A stretch of 32,000 nt of DNA from Nocardiopsis yanglingensis (GCA_045809185.1 JBJNRH010000003.1), one strand, 5' to 3'; counted from the stretch's first letter, positions 1-10,362 are shown. Notes: generated from the sequence alone by a model not told the origin. Numbers and translations are program-made.

Positions 1-2
1 TC

Positions 3-1088
3 GTGTACCGGGTGCGCGTAATGCAGGGTGCGCAGCACCTTGCCGGGGTCGATCGCCGCGCTGCGGTTGAGGGTCACCACCAGAGGGGTGTCACCGGGCA
101 GCCCCTGCAGCAGGTTCATGCAGTAGCTGACCGTGCAGGGCGCGGTGCGATCCTGTGGCACGTGCGCGTTCCACGCCGCCCACGCCTTGCGGTTGCGCGG
201 CAGCAACGACGCATCGGTGTGCAGCACCGCTTCATTGGTTTGATAGTGGATGGCGCCGAGCACGTCGCGCTCGATGGGGTCGGCGTCACGCAGCAGCGCC
301 AGGGCCTGGTCGCTGTGGCAGGCCAGGATGACCTCATCGAAGCCTTCCACGCCGGCCGCGCTGTGCACGCGCGCCCCCCAGGGCATGCGCTCGACCGACT
401 GCACCGGGCACTCCAGCCGCTCATGCACCCGCCAGCGGGCGCGCAGGGCGTCGACATAGCGCGCCGATCCGCCGCTCACCACCCGCCACGGCGCACGCCC
501 GGTCATCTGCAGCATCTGGTGGTTGGCCATGAACTGGGCCAGATAGCGCGCCGGGAAGTCCATCACCGTGGCCGTCGGGGACGACCACAGCGCGGAGGCC
601 ATCGGCAGCAGGTGCTCGTCGATGAAGGCATCGCCGTAGCGCTGGGTGCGCAGGTACTGCCCCAGCGTTGGGCCCTCGTCTTCTGCCAGCAACAGGGGGG
701 CATCGCGGTAGAACCGGCGCAGGTCGGCCAGCATGCCCCAGAACCGCGGCGACACCAGGTTGCGGCGCTGGCAGAACAGGCCATCCAGCGAGGTGGCGTT
801 GTACTCCACGCCGCTGCGCTCGCTGTGCATCGAGAAGCTCATAGTGGTCGGCTGCGAAGCTACACCCAGCTCGTCGAACAATGCGGTCAGCAGCGGATAG
901 TGCTGGGGATTGAACACGATGAAACCGGTATCCACTGCCATGCGTATACCCGCCACCTCCACGTCGTGGGTGTGGGTATGGCCGCCCAGATAGTCGTTGG
1001 CCTCGAACAGCGTGACGTCGTGTTCGCCGTCCAGCCACCAGGCGCTGGCCAGCCCTGCGATGCCCGAACCGATGATCGCGATGCGCAT
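3..1088 (-). CDS. NAD(P)/FAD-dependent oxidoreductase (amine-oxidase-like); C-terminus runs off the window
   Basis: Absent from the ORF track because no stop lies in the window. Reverse-strand ATG at 1088 gives MRIAIIGSGIAGLASAWWL (GxGxxG fold), with an uninterrupted protein-like frame down to position 3 (...LHYAHPVH). The start sits 1 nt after the desaturase stop (TGAcATG). Confidence 0.8.
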   Translation of the reverse strand, partial: MRIAIIGSGIAGLASAWWLDGEHDVTLFEANDYLGGHTHTHDVEVAGIRMAVDTGFIVFNPQHYPLLTALFDELGVASQPTTMSFSMHSERSGVEYNATSLDGLFCQRRNLVSPRFWGMLADLRRFYRDAPLLLAEDEGPTLGQYLRTQRYGDAFIDEHLLPMASALWSSPTATVMDFPARYLAQFMANHQMLQMTGRAPWRVVSGGSARYVDALRARWRVHERLECPVQSVERMPWGARVHSAAGVEGFDEVILACHSDQALALLRDADPIERDVLGAIHYQTNEAVLHTDASLLPRNRKAWAAWNAHVPQDRTAPCTVSYCMNLLQGLPGDTPLVVTLNRSAAIDPGKVLRTLHYAHPVH

Positions 1089-1089
1089 G

Positions 1090-2040
1090 TCAGTACCTTG
1101 CCTTGGCCAGCACCCACTCGGGAATGGGCTTGAGTCCTTTGACCAGGCCCAGCGCCGCCATTGCGCGCAGCCCGTACCAGGTCAGATCCACTTCCCACCA
1201 GCGGAAGCCCTGGCGGACGGTGCCCGGGAAGAAGTGATGGTTGTTGTGCCAGCCTTCGCCGAAGGTGAGCAGCGCCAACCACAAGTTGTTGCGGCTGTCG
1301 TCGCGGGTCTCGAAGCGGCGGCGGCCAAAGCGGTGCGCCAGCGAATTGATGGTGACCGTGGCGTGGAACAGCACGATGGTGGAAATGAAGAAGCCCCAAA
1401 CCAGCAGCTGCGGACCAGATGTGTGCAGGCCTGGCGCCCAGCGCTCCAGCCCAGCACCCAGCGCGTACAGCGCTGCGGCCAGCAGTACCGGTACTGCCGT
1501 ATCGAAGCGGTCCAGCCAGCGCAGCTCCGGGAAGCGCGCCAGGTCCGGTACCCGCGACAGATCGGTGGCGAACGCTTCGCGGGTCAGGAACCAGCCCATG
1601 TGGCTGCGCCAGAAGCCACCTTCGCGTGGCGAGTGGGGATCCAGCGGCTGGTCGGCATGCCGATGGTGATGGCGATGATGGGCGGCCCACCAAAGCGGCC
1701 CACGCTGCACGCTGGAGGCGCCGATGACAGCGAACACGAACTGCACCGTTCGCGATGCCTGGAAAGTCCGGTGCGAGAAATAGCGGTGATAGAACGCGGT
1801 GATGGCGAACATGCGCACCGCGTAGAGTCCTGCTGCGACGATCACCGCTGTCCACGAAATGCCTACCCAGAGTACTGCGATACACGCCAGGTGCATCAGC
1901 GCGAACGGCACCGCGCGCAACCAGTCGATGCGGCCGGGTTGTTCGCCGGTGGTCTCTGTGGTGTTGCCGGTATCGATCCAGCGCTGCAACGTACGCAGCA
2001 GGCGCCGGCGTCGACGGGGGAGGGGCGCTACAGAGGCCAT
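1090..2040 (-). CDS. membrane fatty-acid (acyl-CoA/acyl-lipid) desaturase
   Basis: 316 aa with three histidine boxes (HRYFSHR, HHRHHHRH, HNNHH) and hydrophobic segments. Tightly coupled to the downstream oxidoreductase. Confidence 0.85.
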   Translation of the reverse strand: MASVAPLPRRRRRLLRTLQRWIDTGNTTETTGEQPGRIDWLRAVPFALMHLACIAVLWVGISWTAVIVAAGLYAVRMFAITAFYHRYFSHRTFQASRTVQFVFAVIGASSVQRGPLWWAAHHRHHHRHADQPLDPHSPREGGFWRSHMGWFLTREAFATDLSRVPDLARFPELRWLDRFDTAVPVLLAAALYALGAGLERWAPGLHTSGPQLLVWGFFISTIVLFHATVTINSLAHRFGRRRFETRDDSRNNLWLALLTFGEGWHNNHHFFPGTVRQGFRWWEVDLTWYGLRAMAALGLVKGLKPIPEWVLAKARY

Positions 2041-2121
2041 GACGGATCTCGGCGGGTGTCGTGTCTTCCTGTACGCAGCAGGATGCGCAATGGATGCGCC
2101 ACGGCGCAGTAAATTTCGGCT

Positions 2122-2898
2122 TCACCTGGGCGTCACGACGCAACGCTCCACCAGGGGTTGCGCCCACGCCTGTTGCCAGTCGCTTGCCGATCGCCCGGCG
2201 GGCGGAGAGTTGAAACGCACGATCACCTGTGGGTAGCTGCCGCGCGCATCGCGCAGGTTGCTGGTGCCGCGGAACTCCAGCAGGCGGCGGTCGGCAGTGG
2301 CATAGACCAGGGCCAGGCGCGGCGCGATGCCGCCGTACCAGGTGTCCAGACTGACCTCGATGGCCTGGGCGTCGATGCCCTGCCAGCGAACAGGGCCGGT
2401 GCGCCGCACCTGCACCGGAAAGTAGCGCTGGCGGGCCGGCACCAGGAACGGCAGTGTGATGCGCTCGCCCCGCAGCAGCGCTGGCCAGTGCAGGCGCACC
2501 GCGGCGTCGAACCCTGCATCGATCACCGCATCCGTCGGCAACTCGAGCTGGCCTTGCCGCAGCGGGCTTGTGCCATCTTCCTGCCAGGAGATCGACACCG
2601 AATCGCCGGCGGCCTCTACCTCGGCCTTCTGGCCGCTGCGATGGTCCTCGAGCGAGTAGCCCCGTGCCTGTGGCCAGGCGCTTGCCGGCAGATGCTTGCG
2701 CGCGAATGGCTGGCCATCCGGGCATTGGTACAACACCCATCGTTCGGCGCCCTCCGATACCTCGTGCCGCCAGTGCACTTCACGGTAAAGAACGGCGCCC
2801 TGGCTGGAGGTCGCCACGCCCTCACTTCGCAGCCAGGGGGCCGCCAGCGCGGCATGGGGCAGGCACAGCAACAGCCAGGCAGTGCGCATGGTCTTCAT
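2122..2898 (-). CDS. secreted/periplasmic conserved hypothetical protein
   Basis: The longest ORF (to 3165) overlaps the divergent sigma gene. The internal ATG at 2898 gives MKTMRTAWLLLCLPHAALAAP, a signal peptide. Function unknown. Confidence 0.6.
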   Translation of the reverse strand: MKTMRTAWLLLCLPHAALAAPWLRSEGVATSSQGAVLYREVHWRHEVSEGAERWVLYQCPDGQPFARKHLPASAWPQARGYSLEDHRSGQKAEVEAAGDSVSISWQEDGTSPLRQGQLELPTDAVIDAGFDAAVRLHWPALLRGERITLPFLVPARQRYFPVQVRRTGPVRWQGIDAQAIEVSLDTWYGGIAPRLALVYATADRRLLEFRGTSNLRDARGSYPQVIVRFNSPPAGRSASDWQQAWAQPLVERCVVTPR

Positions 2899-2939
2899 CC
2901 GGAAGGAGAGGGCCCAGGTGATACGGCGGAGGCGGCCGG

Positions 2940-2967
2940 TTGGATGCGCAGTGCCGGCTGCATCCAA
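2940..2967. promoter_or_regulatory. inverted repeat TTGGATGC-N12-GCATCCAA in the divergent intergenic region
   Basis: Perfect 8-bp arms between the secreted-protein/desaturase operon and the ECF sigma gene. Candidate operator; no factor assigned. Confidence 0.25.
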
Positions 2968-3022
2968 TGGCTGCTCCCGCGCGTACAGAGGACAGACCTT
3001 CACCTGCCCGCCGCGAACGCAG

Positions 3023-3646
3023 ATGTACCCTGACGCCGCCAGCACTCTCCTCAACTTCGATACCGCACGCACCGTGTCCAGTTCCCAGCAGCCCAGCAGC
3101 GAGCCGACGAACTGGGCCGGTGACATGGATGGCGTGGCGCGGCTGCGCGACCGCGACTGTTTCATGCGGATCTACGACTACTTCATGCCGCGGCTGTGCG
3201 TGTACCTGCGCGGCCTGGGTGCAGCTGATGCCATGGCCGAAGAAGTGGCGCAGGAGTGCCTGTTGCGGCTGTGGCTTCGTGCCGCTGATTATGATCCTGC
3301 ACAGGGCGCGCTGAGCACCTGGCTGTATCGCATCGCCCGCAACCTGCATATCGATCGAGTGCGGCGTGAACGCAGCTGGATGCAGGTGCAGGCGGCGGTG
3401 GAGGATGCGGCAACACTGGATGTGATCGAGCGCAGCAGTGCCGAGCAGTTCGCCGATCAGGCGCGTCTGCGCCAGCGCATCAACGAGCTGCCTGCGGTGC
3501 AGGCGCGGCTGGTGCGGATGTCCTATTTCGAAGCCAAGAGCCACAGCGAAATCGCCGAGGCGCTGGGCATGCCTCTGGGGACGGTCAAATCACACCTGCG
3601 CCGAGCGTTCCTGCAACTGCAGGCGAAAGTGGGAGGTGCGCCATGA
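3023..3646 (+). CDS. ECF (sigma-70 family) RNA polymerase sigma factor, RpoE/ChrR-type
   Basis: Region 2 (YDYFMPRL...LYRIARNLHIDRVRRE) and region 4 HTH (SYFEAKSHSEIAEALGMPLGTVKSHLRRA). The stop overlaps the anti-sigma start (ATGA). Start is uncertain: ATG 3023 is preferred and ATG 3125 is possible. Confidence 0.85.
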   Translation: MYPDAASTLLNFDTARTVSSSQQPSSEPTNWAGDMDGVARLRDRDCFMRIYDYFMPRLCVYLRGLGAADAMAEEVAQECLLRLWLRAADYDPAQGALSTWLYRIARNLHIDRVRRERSWMQVQAAVEDAATLDVIERSSAEQFADQARLRQRINELPAVQARLVRMSYFEAKSHSEIAEALGMPLGTVKSHLRRAFLQLQAKVGGAP

Positions 3647-4317
3647 ACCCGCACCACCACCTGCACGAATCCACCCTGATGAGCTATGCCGCCGGGGCGC
3701 TGCCGGCGCCGTTGAGCATCGTGGCCGGTGCCCACCTGGAGCAGTGCCCGCATTGCCGTCAGCGCCTGCGCGACGCCGAAGCGATCGGTTCGGTGCTGCT
3801 GGAGCAGACCCAGCCGTCTGCAACCGACGCGCGCCGCGAGCAGTTGCGCGAGGCGATGCTGATGCGGCTGGCTGCAGAGGCGCCGACGGCCATCGCTGGG
3901 CTCGCACGTGCCGTGCCGAAGGAGCGGCCCGAGGCCAACCCGGACCATCTACCTGCCTCTCTGCATCCGTATTTCGGCAGCTCGCTCAGCGGCCTGCGCT
4001 GGCGTTGGATGGCGCCGGGGGTGCACTGCATCCGTGCCGAGCAGATGCCTTCGCTGATCATGCTGAAGATCGCCCCAGGCAAATGCCTGCCCATGCACAG
4101 CCATGGCCGCAGCGAGCTGACCCAGATTCTGCGTGGCTCGTACAACGATGCGCTGGGGTTGTTCGCACCGGGCGATGTTGCGGATCTGGATGAGGATGTA
4201 GAACATCAACCGGTAACCGCGCCGGGCGTGCCGTGCATCTGTGTATCAGCGTTGGATGCGCCGTTGGTGTTCAGCGGTTGGCTGGCGCGGAAGATCCAGC
4301 GGTTTGTGAAGCTCTAG
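3643..4317 (+). CDS. chrR: ChrR-family anti-sigma factor (zinc-binding N-domain plus C-terminal cupin)
   Basis: N-terminal HLEQCPHC (HxxxCxxC zinc motif) and a C-terminal cupin-like segment (HSHGRSELTQILRGSY). Translationally coupled to the ECF sigma. Confidence 0.8.
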   Translation: MNPHHHLHESTLMSYAAGALPAPLSIVAGAHLEQCPHCRQRLRDAEAIGSVLLEQTQPSATDARREQLREAMLMRLAAEAPTAIAGLARAVPKERPEANPDHLPASLHPYFGSSLSGLRWRWMAPGVHCIRAEQMPSLIMLKIAPGKCLPMHSHGRSELTQILRGSYNDALGLFAPGDVADLDEDVEHQPVTAPGVPCICVSALDAPLVFSGWLARKIQRFVKL

Positions 4318-4318
4318 G

Positions 4319-5020
4319 ATGAGTGCGGCGATGGCAACGGGCGCGCTACGGGTTCTGTTGACCGGTGCCGCGGGGCTGGTGGGGCAGGGTGTGGCCCTGG
4401 CCTGCCAGCGCTCGCCCCGGGTCGCCAATCTGACCGCGCTGGTCCGGCACCCGGGAAGCCTCAACGGCAGCGGCAGCGAACTGATCGTGCCTGACTTCCT
4501 CAGGATCGAGGAACGGCAGGATGTTCTGTCGGGGTTCGATGCCTGCTTCTACTGCGCGGGTGCTCCACCGGTGGGCACGGCCGAGGCCGAGTATCGACGG
4601 GTGACACTGGACACCACTTTGGCCGTCGCCCGCGCCTGGGCCACGGCGAACCCACAGGGGTGTTTCCTGTATGTATCCGGCGCGGGTGCGGATGCGCGAC
4701 GCCGGTTGATGCCGTTGCGGGTCAAGGGCGAAACCGAGCGGGCACTGCAGGCGCTGCCGGTCCGCACGGTCATGCTGCGTCCGGGTGGCGTGCGCCCCGT
4801 GCAAGGCACCGGCACCCGTCATGGCCTGCTGAAGCCGCTGTACTGGGGTGGCGCACCCTTGATGAAACTGGCGGGTGTGATCGCGCCGTCACTGGTGACC
4901 AGCAACCTGGCACTGGGCCAGGCGATGATTGCGCTGGCCGGCATGGAGCATTCGCCGGCGACGGTGGAGTGCGCGGACATCAACCGGATCGCGACGGACG
5001 TGCGCGATCCGGTTGCCTGA
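4319..5020 (+). CDS. NAD(P)-binding Rossmann-fold protein (atypical SDR / epimerase-like)
   Basis: N-terminal VLLTGAAGLVGQG glycine-rich motif. Starts 2 nt after the chrR stop. Confidence 0.65.
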   Translation: MSAAMATGALRVLLTGAAGLVGQGVALACQRSPRVANLTALVRHPGSLNGSGSELIVPDFLRIEERQDVLSGFDACFYCAGAPPVGTAEAEYRRVTLDTTLAVARAWATANPQGCFLYVSGAGADARRRLMPLRVKGETERALQALPVRTVMLRPGGVRPVQGTGTRHGLLKPLYWGGAPLMKLAGVIAPSLVTSNLALGQAMIALAGMEHSPATVECADINRIATDVRDPVA

Positions 5021-5022
5021 TC

Positions 5023-7416
5023 TCAGTGCGCCGCACCTTCCAGCGCGGTACGCACCGCCTGGGCCAGGTCGCTGCGGGTAAATGGCTTGGGCAGCAGCGC
5101 GGCCGCCCGGCCCTGGCTGCCGACCGCGTCGTGATCGCGTGGATAGCCTGAGGTGAACAGGACCGCGACGTCGGGCCAGCGCTCCCGGACTTCCCGCACC
5201 AGCTCCCAGCCCGACATGCCGGGCATCACCACGTCGGAGAACAGCAGGTCGACCGTGGTGTCCGGACGCTCCAGCAGGCGCAGTGCGGATGGGCCATCGT
5301 GCGCTTCCAGCACGCGATAGCCCAGCAGGCGCAGTGCATCAACGGTGTGCGCACGCACATCATCGTTGTCCTCGGCCACCAGGATGGTTTCCTCGCGTGG
5401 CGAGTAACCGGCCAGGCCGGTCGGTGGTGCCTCGCAGGGCAGGGCCAGTGCCGAACGCGGGAACATCATGGTGATGCTGGTGCCGCCGCCCTCCACCGAA
5501 TCGATCAGTACATGGCCGCCGGACTGCTTGACGAAGCCATGCACCATCGACAGGCCCAGGCCGGTACCACGGCCAACCTGCTTGGTGGTGAAGAAGGGTT
5601 CGAACACGCGCGCGAGGGTGGCCGCGTCCATGCCGTGGCCATTGTCGCGAACCCGCAGCATCACGTACTCGCCAGGCGCTGCATCGGGGAACAAGGCGGC
5701 GTAGTCGTGGTCGAGATGGCTGTTGTCGACCTCGATCACCAGCCGGCCGCCGTGGGGCATGGCATCGCGGGCGTTGACGGCCAGGTTGAGTACCGATGCC
5801 TCCAGCTGGCTGACGTCGATCTCGACGCACCAGACGTCCTCGGCGGCACGGATTTCCAGCTGTACCAGCTCACCCAGGGCGCGCTGCAGCATGTCATGCA
5901 TGTCCAGCAGGCGGTCGTTGAGATTGGCTGCCTGGCTGTGCAGTGGCTGGCGCCGGGCAAATGCCAGCAGGCGCTGGGTCAGGCTGGCGGCACGGCCCAC
6001 GCCTTTCAGAGCATTGTCCAGCGCACGACTGACCATGGCGCCCGGCTCGCCGGCCCGCTCGCTGAGCAGCATGGCGTGTTCAACGTTGCCGGAAATCACC
6101 GTCAGGATGTTGTTGAAATCGTGGGCGATGCCGCCGGTGAGCTGGCCCACCGCTTCAATCTTCTGTGACTGGCGCAGCGCATGCTCGGCCTGCAGGCGTG
6201 CAGTCGTTTCCACCGCTTCGGAGACCACGGCGGTCACCGCGCCCTCGGCATCCAGTAGCGGACGGAACGAGAAATCGTAGCTGCGGCGGCCGGTCGGCAG
6301 TTCCAGCTCCAGCGCATGCAACGAGCTGTGGCCCTTCGCGGCAGCGGCAATGGCCTGGTCCACGAGGATGCCGACGTCATCGCTGGTGGCAAACCACGGC
6401 GATTGCCCATAGCGCTGACCTACAACGTCGGGCTTGTCGGCCAACACGGCAGCCAACGACGCGACATTGGCGTCGACCACGCGGCCATCCAGGTCCAGCA
6501 GCACCTGATGCTGGAAGCTGGATTCGAAGATGGCCTGCAAGCGCCGCTTGCTGGCCCGGAGTTCGGTGGTACGCGCCTGCACCTGCCGTTCGAGCAGCTG
6601 GTTGTCTTCGCGCAGGGCCAGCTCCGCCTGCTTCAGCCCGGAGACGTCGCTGCCCAGGCAGATGTAGCCGACCACGGCGCCGTCGGCGCCTCGCTCCGGC
6701 ACGCAGTCCATCTGCACGAAACGTGATTCGCCGCTGCGGTGGGCCAGCTCCACCTGGAAGCGGGTGCGCTCGCCCTGCAGCACCCGCTCGATGCTGGGCA
6801 GGGCATGTTCGAAGGCGGAAATGCCGCTGACATCGCGCGCCGTACGGCCCAGCAGTTCAGCCAGGCTGACGCCGTGCCAGTCGAGGAAGGCCTTGTTGGC
6901 GAAGCGGTAGCGATGCTCCCTGTCGAGCTGGGCGATCAGTGCCGGTACGGCATCAGTCACCTGCTGCAGCTGGGCCTGGCTGTCATTCAGGGCGGCCTGC
7001 GCGTGGGCCAGCTGGGTGCGCTCATGCGCCTCCTGGCGGGCGCGGCGGATCGCATCCGGCAGGCGTTGCAGGCGCTGCTTGACCACGTAGTCGCGCGCGC
7101 CGCGGGTCAGGGCCTGTACCGCCAGCTCCTCGGTAAGCGTGCCGGAGACAAAGATGAAGGGCGTCTGCGGGATGCGCTCACGGGCCAGCGCCAGCGCGGC
7201 GTCGCCATCGAATCCCGGCAGCACATGATCGGCCAGGATGACATCGAAGGCGCGATTCTCGATCGCCTCGATGAAGGCATTGCGGGTCCACAGGCGCTCA
7301 GCCTCGAAGTCGAGGCCGGCCCGCTGCAGTTGTGCGGTGATCAGCTCCGCATCAAGCGCACTGTCCTCCAGCATGAGGATGCGCAGGCGCTCGCTGCGGC
7401 GCGATCCATCACGCAT
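5023..7416 (-). CDS. hybrid sensor histidine kinase (REC-PAS-PAS-HisKA-HATPase-REC)
   Basis: N-terminal REC (ILMLEDS...ILADHVLPGFDG), PAS regions, H-box GGIAHDFNNIL, ATPase G-boxes (DNGHGM, GTGLGLS) and C-terminal REC (LFSDVVMPGMSG). The ATG at 7416 overlaps the upstream RR stop (ATGCGTGA). Confidence 0.9.
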   Translation of the reverse strand: MRDGSRRSERLRILMLEDSALDAELITAQLQRAGLDFEAERLWTRNAFIEAIENRAFDVILADHVLPGFDGDAALALARERIPQTPFIFVSGTLTEELAVQALTRGARDYVVKQRLQRLPDAIRRARQEAHERTQLAHAQAALNDSQAQLQQVTDAVPALIAQLDREHRYRFANKAFLDWHGVSLAELLGRTARDVSGISAFEHALPSIERVLQGERTRFQVELAHRSGESRFVQMDCVPERGADGAVVGYICLGSDVSGLKQAELALREDNQLLERQVQARTTELRASKRRLQAIFESSFQHQVLLDLDGRVVDANVASLAAVLADKPDVVGQRYGQSPWFATSDDVGILVDQAIAAAAKGHSSLHALELELPTGRRSYDFSFRPLLDAEGAVTAVVSEAVETTARLQAEHALRQSQKIEAVGQLTGGIAHDFNNILTVISGNVEHAMLLSERAGEPGAMVSRALDNALKGVGRAASLTQRLLAFARRQPLHSQAANLNDRLLDMHDMLQRALGELVQLEIRAAEDVWCVEIDVSQLEASVLNLAVNARDAMPHGGRLVIEVDNSHLDHDYAALFPDAAPGEYVMLRVRDNGHGMDAATLARVFEPFFTTKQVGRGTGLGLSMVHGFVKQSGGHVLIDSVEGGGTSITMMFPRSALALPCEAPPTGLAGYSPREETILVAEDNDDVRAHTVDALRLLGYRVLEAHDGPSALRLLERPDTTVDLLFSDVVMPGMSGWELVREVRERWPDVAVLFTSGYPRDHDAVGSQGRAAALLPKPFTRSDLAQAVRTALEGAAH

Positions 7417-7876
7417 TGTGCTGCCCCGAGCCGTTGGGGCGATGCGGCGGTGGCTGGTTGGTGATGCCCCAGAACATGCCCAGGCCCTGGATCGCGTCGA
7501 AGAATTCCTTGAAATCGACTGGCTTGACCACGAACGCATTGACGCCCAGTTCGTAACTGCGCACCAGATCCTGCTCTTCGCGGGAGGAGGTCAGCATCAC
7601 CACCGGCGTGCTGCTCAGGTTCGAATCGCCACGCACCTGCTCCAGCACCTCCAGGCCGTTCACCTTGGGCAGCTTCAGGTCCAGCAGCACCACCACCGGG
7701 CCGCCGTGATTGGCGCCGGCGAATTTGCCTTCGCAGCGCAGGTAATCCAGCGCTTCGGCGCCGTCACGTACATGGATGACATCGTTCAGCAACTGGCAAC
7801 GCGCAAGTGCGGCCAGCGTCAGCTCTGCATCTTTGGGGCTGTCCTCTACCAGGAGGATCGGCCGCAGGTCCCTCAT
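7409..7876 (-). CDS. single-domain CheY-like response regulator
   Basis: ILLVEDSPKD...VVLLDLKLPKVNG receiver motifs and no output domain. ATGA overlap with the bphP stop. Confidence 0.9.
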   Translation of the reverse strand: MRDLRPILLVEDSPKDAELTLAALARCQLLNDVIHVRDGAEALDYLRCEGKFAGANHGGPVVVLLDLKLPKVNGLEVLEQVRGDSNLSSTPVVMLTSSREEQDLVRSYELGVNAFVVKPVDFKEFFDAIQGLGMFWGITNQPPPHRPNGSGQHNA

Positions 7877-10113
7877 GGGTGATCTCCTGTGGAACGGGGT
7901 AAAGTGAAATGGATCGTGGCGCCCTTGCCGGGTTCGCCCTCGGCCCAGGTCCTGCCGCCATGGCGGCCGACGATACGGCGCACATTGGCCAGGCCGATGC
8001 CGGTGCCTTCGAATTCCTCGACGTGATGCAGGCGCTGGAACACGCCGAACAGCTTGTCGACATAACGCATGTCGAAACCGCAGCCGTTGTCGCGCACGAA
8101 GAAGTGTTCTTCGTCGTCGTTTCGCTGGTGACCGACCTCGATAACCGCCTGATCGCGCTCACGGGTGAATTTGACCGCGTTGGCCAGCAGGTTCTGCCAG
8201 ACCAGGCGCATCATCGTCGGGTCGGCCTGCACCTCCGGCAGCGGCGCCAGCGTCCACTGCACGTCGCGTCCGGCGTAGTCCAGTGCCAGACTCCTGCGGA
8301 CATCCTCGGCCAGTGCTGCCATGTCCAGCCGCACCCGGCCGAGCGTGGAGCGGCCCATCTGCGAGAAGCTCAGCAGGTCGTCCACCAGCGTTCCGGCAGA
8401 TTTGGCCGATTCCACGATGGTATCCAGGAAGCGGCGCTCGGTATCGTTGAGGCGTTCGCCGGCCGAGCTTCCCAGCAGTTCCGAGTAGCCGACGATGTGG
8501 CGGAAGGGCGCACGCAGGTCGTGGCTGACCGAATAGGAAAACGCTTCGAGTTCCTTGTTGCTGCGGACCAGCTGCTCGTTGAGCTCAGCCATTTCCTCGG
8601 CCTTGCGCAGCACGATGTCGACGATGGCCGTGCGCATTTCGTGCGCGGCATCGCGGTCGGCGTCGTTCCACGGCAGGCTGCGCTGCTGAACGGTTTCCTT
8701 CCACGCCTCGAAGGAGCTGCGCGGAGACAACGCCACGCCGGGCGCCGCCGCTTTGCGTGGGTCGCCACCCCAGCGCACGGTACGCACCACTTCGGGGCGG
8801 AACCACATGAGGTAGCTGTCGTGCAGCTGCGAAATGGACACCGCCAGGACGCCGCTGGCCACGTCGGACAGGCGTGCGCCGGGCGCCCAGTCGGCCGCGA
8901 GGTGGTCACTACAATACGTTTCCTGCCCGGCCTGCTGTGCGGCCAGCCAATCGGCCAGGGCCAGCACGTCGGTCGCGAGCGGGCACTGGCCCACACGCAT
9001 GCAGTCGCCCTTGTGCACAATGGCGGCGCCTGCGGCACCGGTCAGCGACAGCAGGCTGGCTTCATCGTGGCGCAGCGCAGCCATGAAATCCTCGTCGCCG
9101 GCCATGCGTGCCAGCAGCTTGACCAGCACCGAGCGGCGCGCCACGCGCTCTTCGATGGCACGTGCGCGCTCCTTCAGGGCGATCTGCAGCGAGAGGATCT
9201 GGCCCATGAATTCACAGGCGGTGCGCACGTGATAGGGCAGGCGGCGCGGCTGCACCGTGTGGCAGGACACCAGGCCCCACAGCTGGCCCTCATGCACCAG
9301 CGACACCGACATCGATGCGCCGGTGCCCATGTTGCGCATGTACTGCAGGTGCACGGGCGAAACGCTGCGCAGCACGGCCAGGCTCAGGTCGGTGGCCGGC
9401 GCGTCGCGGTGCTCCTCGCTGCGCATCAGCGGGGCGGGGGTGTAGTTGTTGTCCGCGATCAATCGCACCCGGTTGCGCCGGTACAGCTCGCGGGCCTGGG
9501 CCGGAATGTCCGATTCGGGGAAGCGCAGGTCCAGGTAGGACGGCAACAGGCCGTTGCCATCCTCGGCGACCACCATACCGTTCCAGCCGGCATCGAACTG
9601 GTAGACCAGGGTGCGGTCGAAGCCAGTCAGCCGGCGCATGTGCGCGGCCGCCAGCTGGCACAGATCTTCCACGGTGGTGGCCGATTCGATGCCGGTCATC
9701 AGTTCGCGGATCGACGGATACAGTTCTTCCAGCGAACCCGGCTGGCCGGGAACCGGTGCCTCCAGCTCGACCAGCAGATCGGTGGCGGATCGATGCACCA
9801 ACAGCTGATGCCGGCCGTGACCATCCAGGTGCACTGCGCCGACATGGGCGCTGCTGCCGACCGTGGCCTGCTGGAGCAATGCCTGGAAGGGCGCCAGCAC
9901 GCCGCCAAGCACCTCACTGACATGCTGCGTCAAAGGCTCGCCGAACTGCTGCAGCAGCCCTGGCTGGCTGATGGCGCGCTCACGCACCCGCAGTGACTGT
10001 GGCTCCACGACCAGAAGCACGCCGTATGGCTGGATGGCACCGGGCGTATGAATCGGTTCGCGCGCACAACGGGACTGGGCAGTGTCGTGCGTGGACTCGG
10101 CAGAAGGCATCAA
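7873..10113 (-). CDS. bphP: bacteriophytochrome histidine kinase (PAS-GAF-PHY-HisKA-HATPase)
   Basis: N-terminal CAREPIHTPGAIQPYGVLL (biliverdin-binding Cys context), a GAF/PHY body, H-box SHDLRAPFRHI and a C-terminal ATPase (DNGCGFD, GTGIGLA). Confidence 0.9.
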   Translation of the reverse strand: MMPSAESTHDTAQSRCAREPIHTPGAIQPYGVLLVVEPQSLRVRERAISQPGLLQQFGEPLTQHVSEVLGGVLAPFQALLQQATVGSSAHVGAVHLDGHGRHQLLVHRSATDLLVELEAPVPGQPGSLEELYPSIRELMTGIESATTVEDLCQLAAAHMRRLTGFDRTLVYQFDAGWNGMVVAEDGNGLLPSYLDLRFPESDIPAQARELYRRNRVRLIADNNYTPAPLMRSEEHRDAPATDLSLAVLRSVSPVHLQYMRNMGTGASMSVSLVHEGQLWGLVSCHTVQPRRLPYHVRTACEFMGQILSLQIALKERARAIEERVARRSVLVKLLARMAGDEDFMAALRHDEASLLSLTGAAGAAIVHKGDCMRVGQCPLATDVLALADWLAAQQAGQETYCSDHLAADWAPGARLSDVASGVLAVSISQLHDSYLMWFRPEVVRTVRWGGDPRKAAAPGVALSPRSSFEAWKETVQQRSLPWNDADRDAAHEMRTAIVDIVLRKAEEMAELNEQLVRSNKELEAFSYSVSHDLRAPFRHIVGYSELLGSSAGERLNDTERRFLDTIVESAKSAGTLVDDLLSFSQMGRSTLGRVRLDMAALAEDVRRSLALDYAGRDVQWTLAPLPEVQADPTMMRLVWQNLLANAVKFTRERDQAVIEVGHQRNDDEEHFFVRDNGCGFDMRYVDKLFGVFQRLHHVEEFEGTGIGLANVRRIVGRHGGRTWAEGEPGKGATIHFTLPRSTGDHP

Positions 10114-10362
10114 GGGCGGGACTCATGATTCGTGGATGGCTGGAATGGCCCAGCGTCGCATCCGGTATGCATGGATGGTGAAGCAAAATCGTGCATTCGC
10201 ATACCAGCACGTGCGCGTGAAGAACGTTTCATTCAAACCTGAATTCTTCATCTGGACATTCCAACAGCACTTGCATGTTTCGCGAAAGGTACATGTGCGC
10301 TGCACGCGCGCTCGACACCGACTTGCCTAGGGTGAATGCACATTCCTGAGTGACCACGTCCC

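Noticed and set aside
3-1133. 376-aa + strand ORF, and similar long ORFs at 887-2740 (-), 7909-9996 (+), 11747-13045 (+), 15185-16114 (-), 16553-17770 (-), 27656-28630 (+) and 28390-29127 (+)
   Set aside because: Their products are Arg/Ala/Gly/Pro-rich with no motifs. Each lies antisense or out of frame to a gene with clear family signatures. They are typical shadow ORFs of high-GC DNA.
10123-10305. 60-aa minus-strand ORF in the bphP upstream region
   Set aside because: It lies in the AT-richer promoter region, has Cys/Arg/Trp-rich atypical composition and poor codon bias, and has no RBS.
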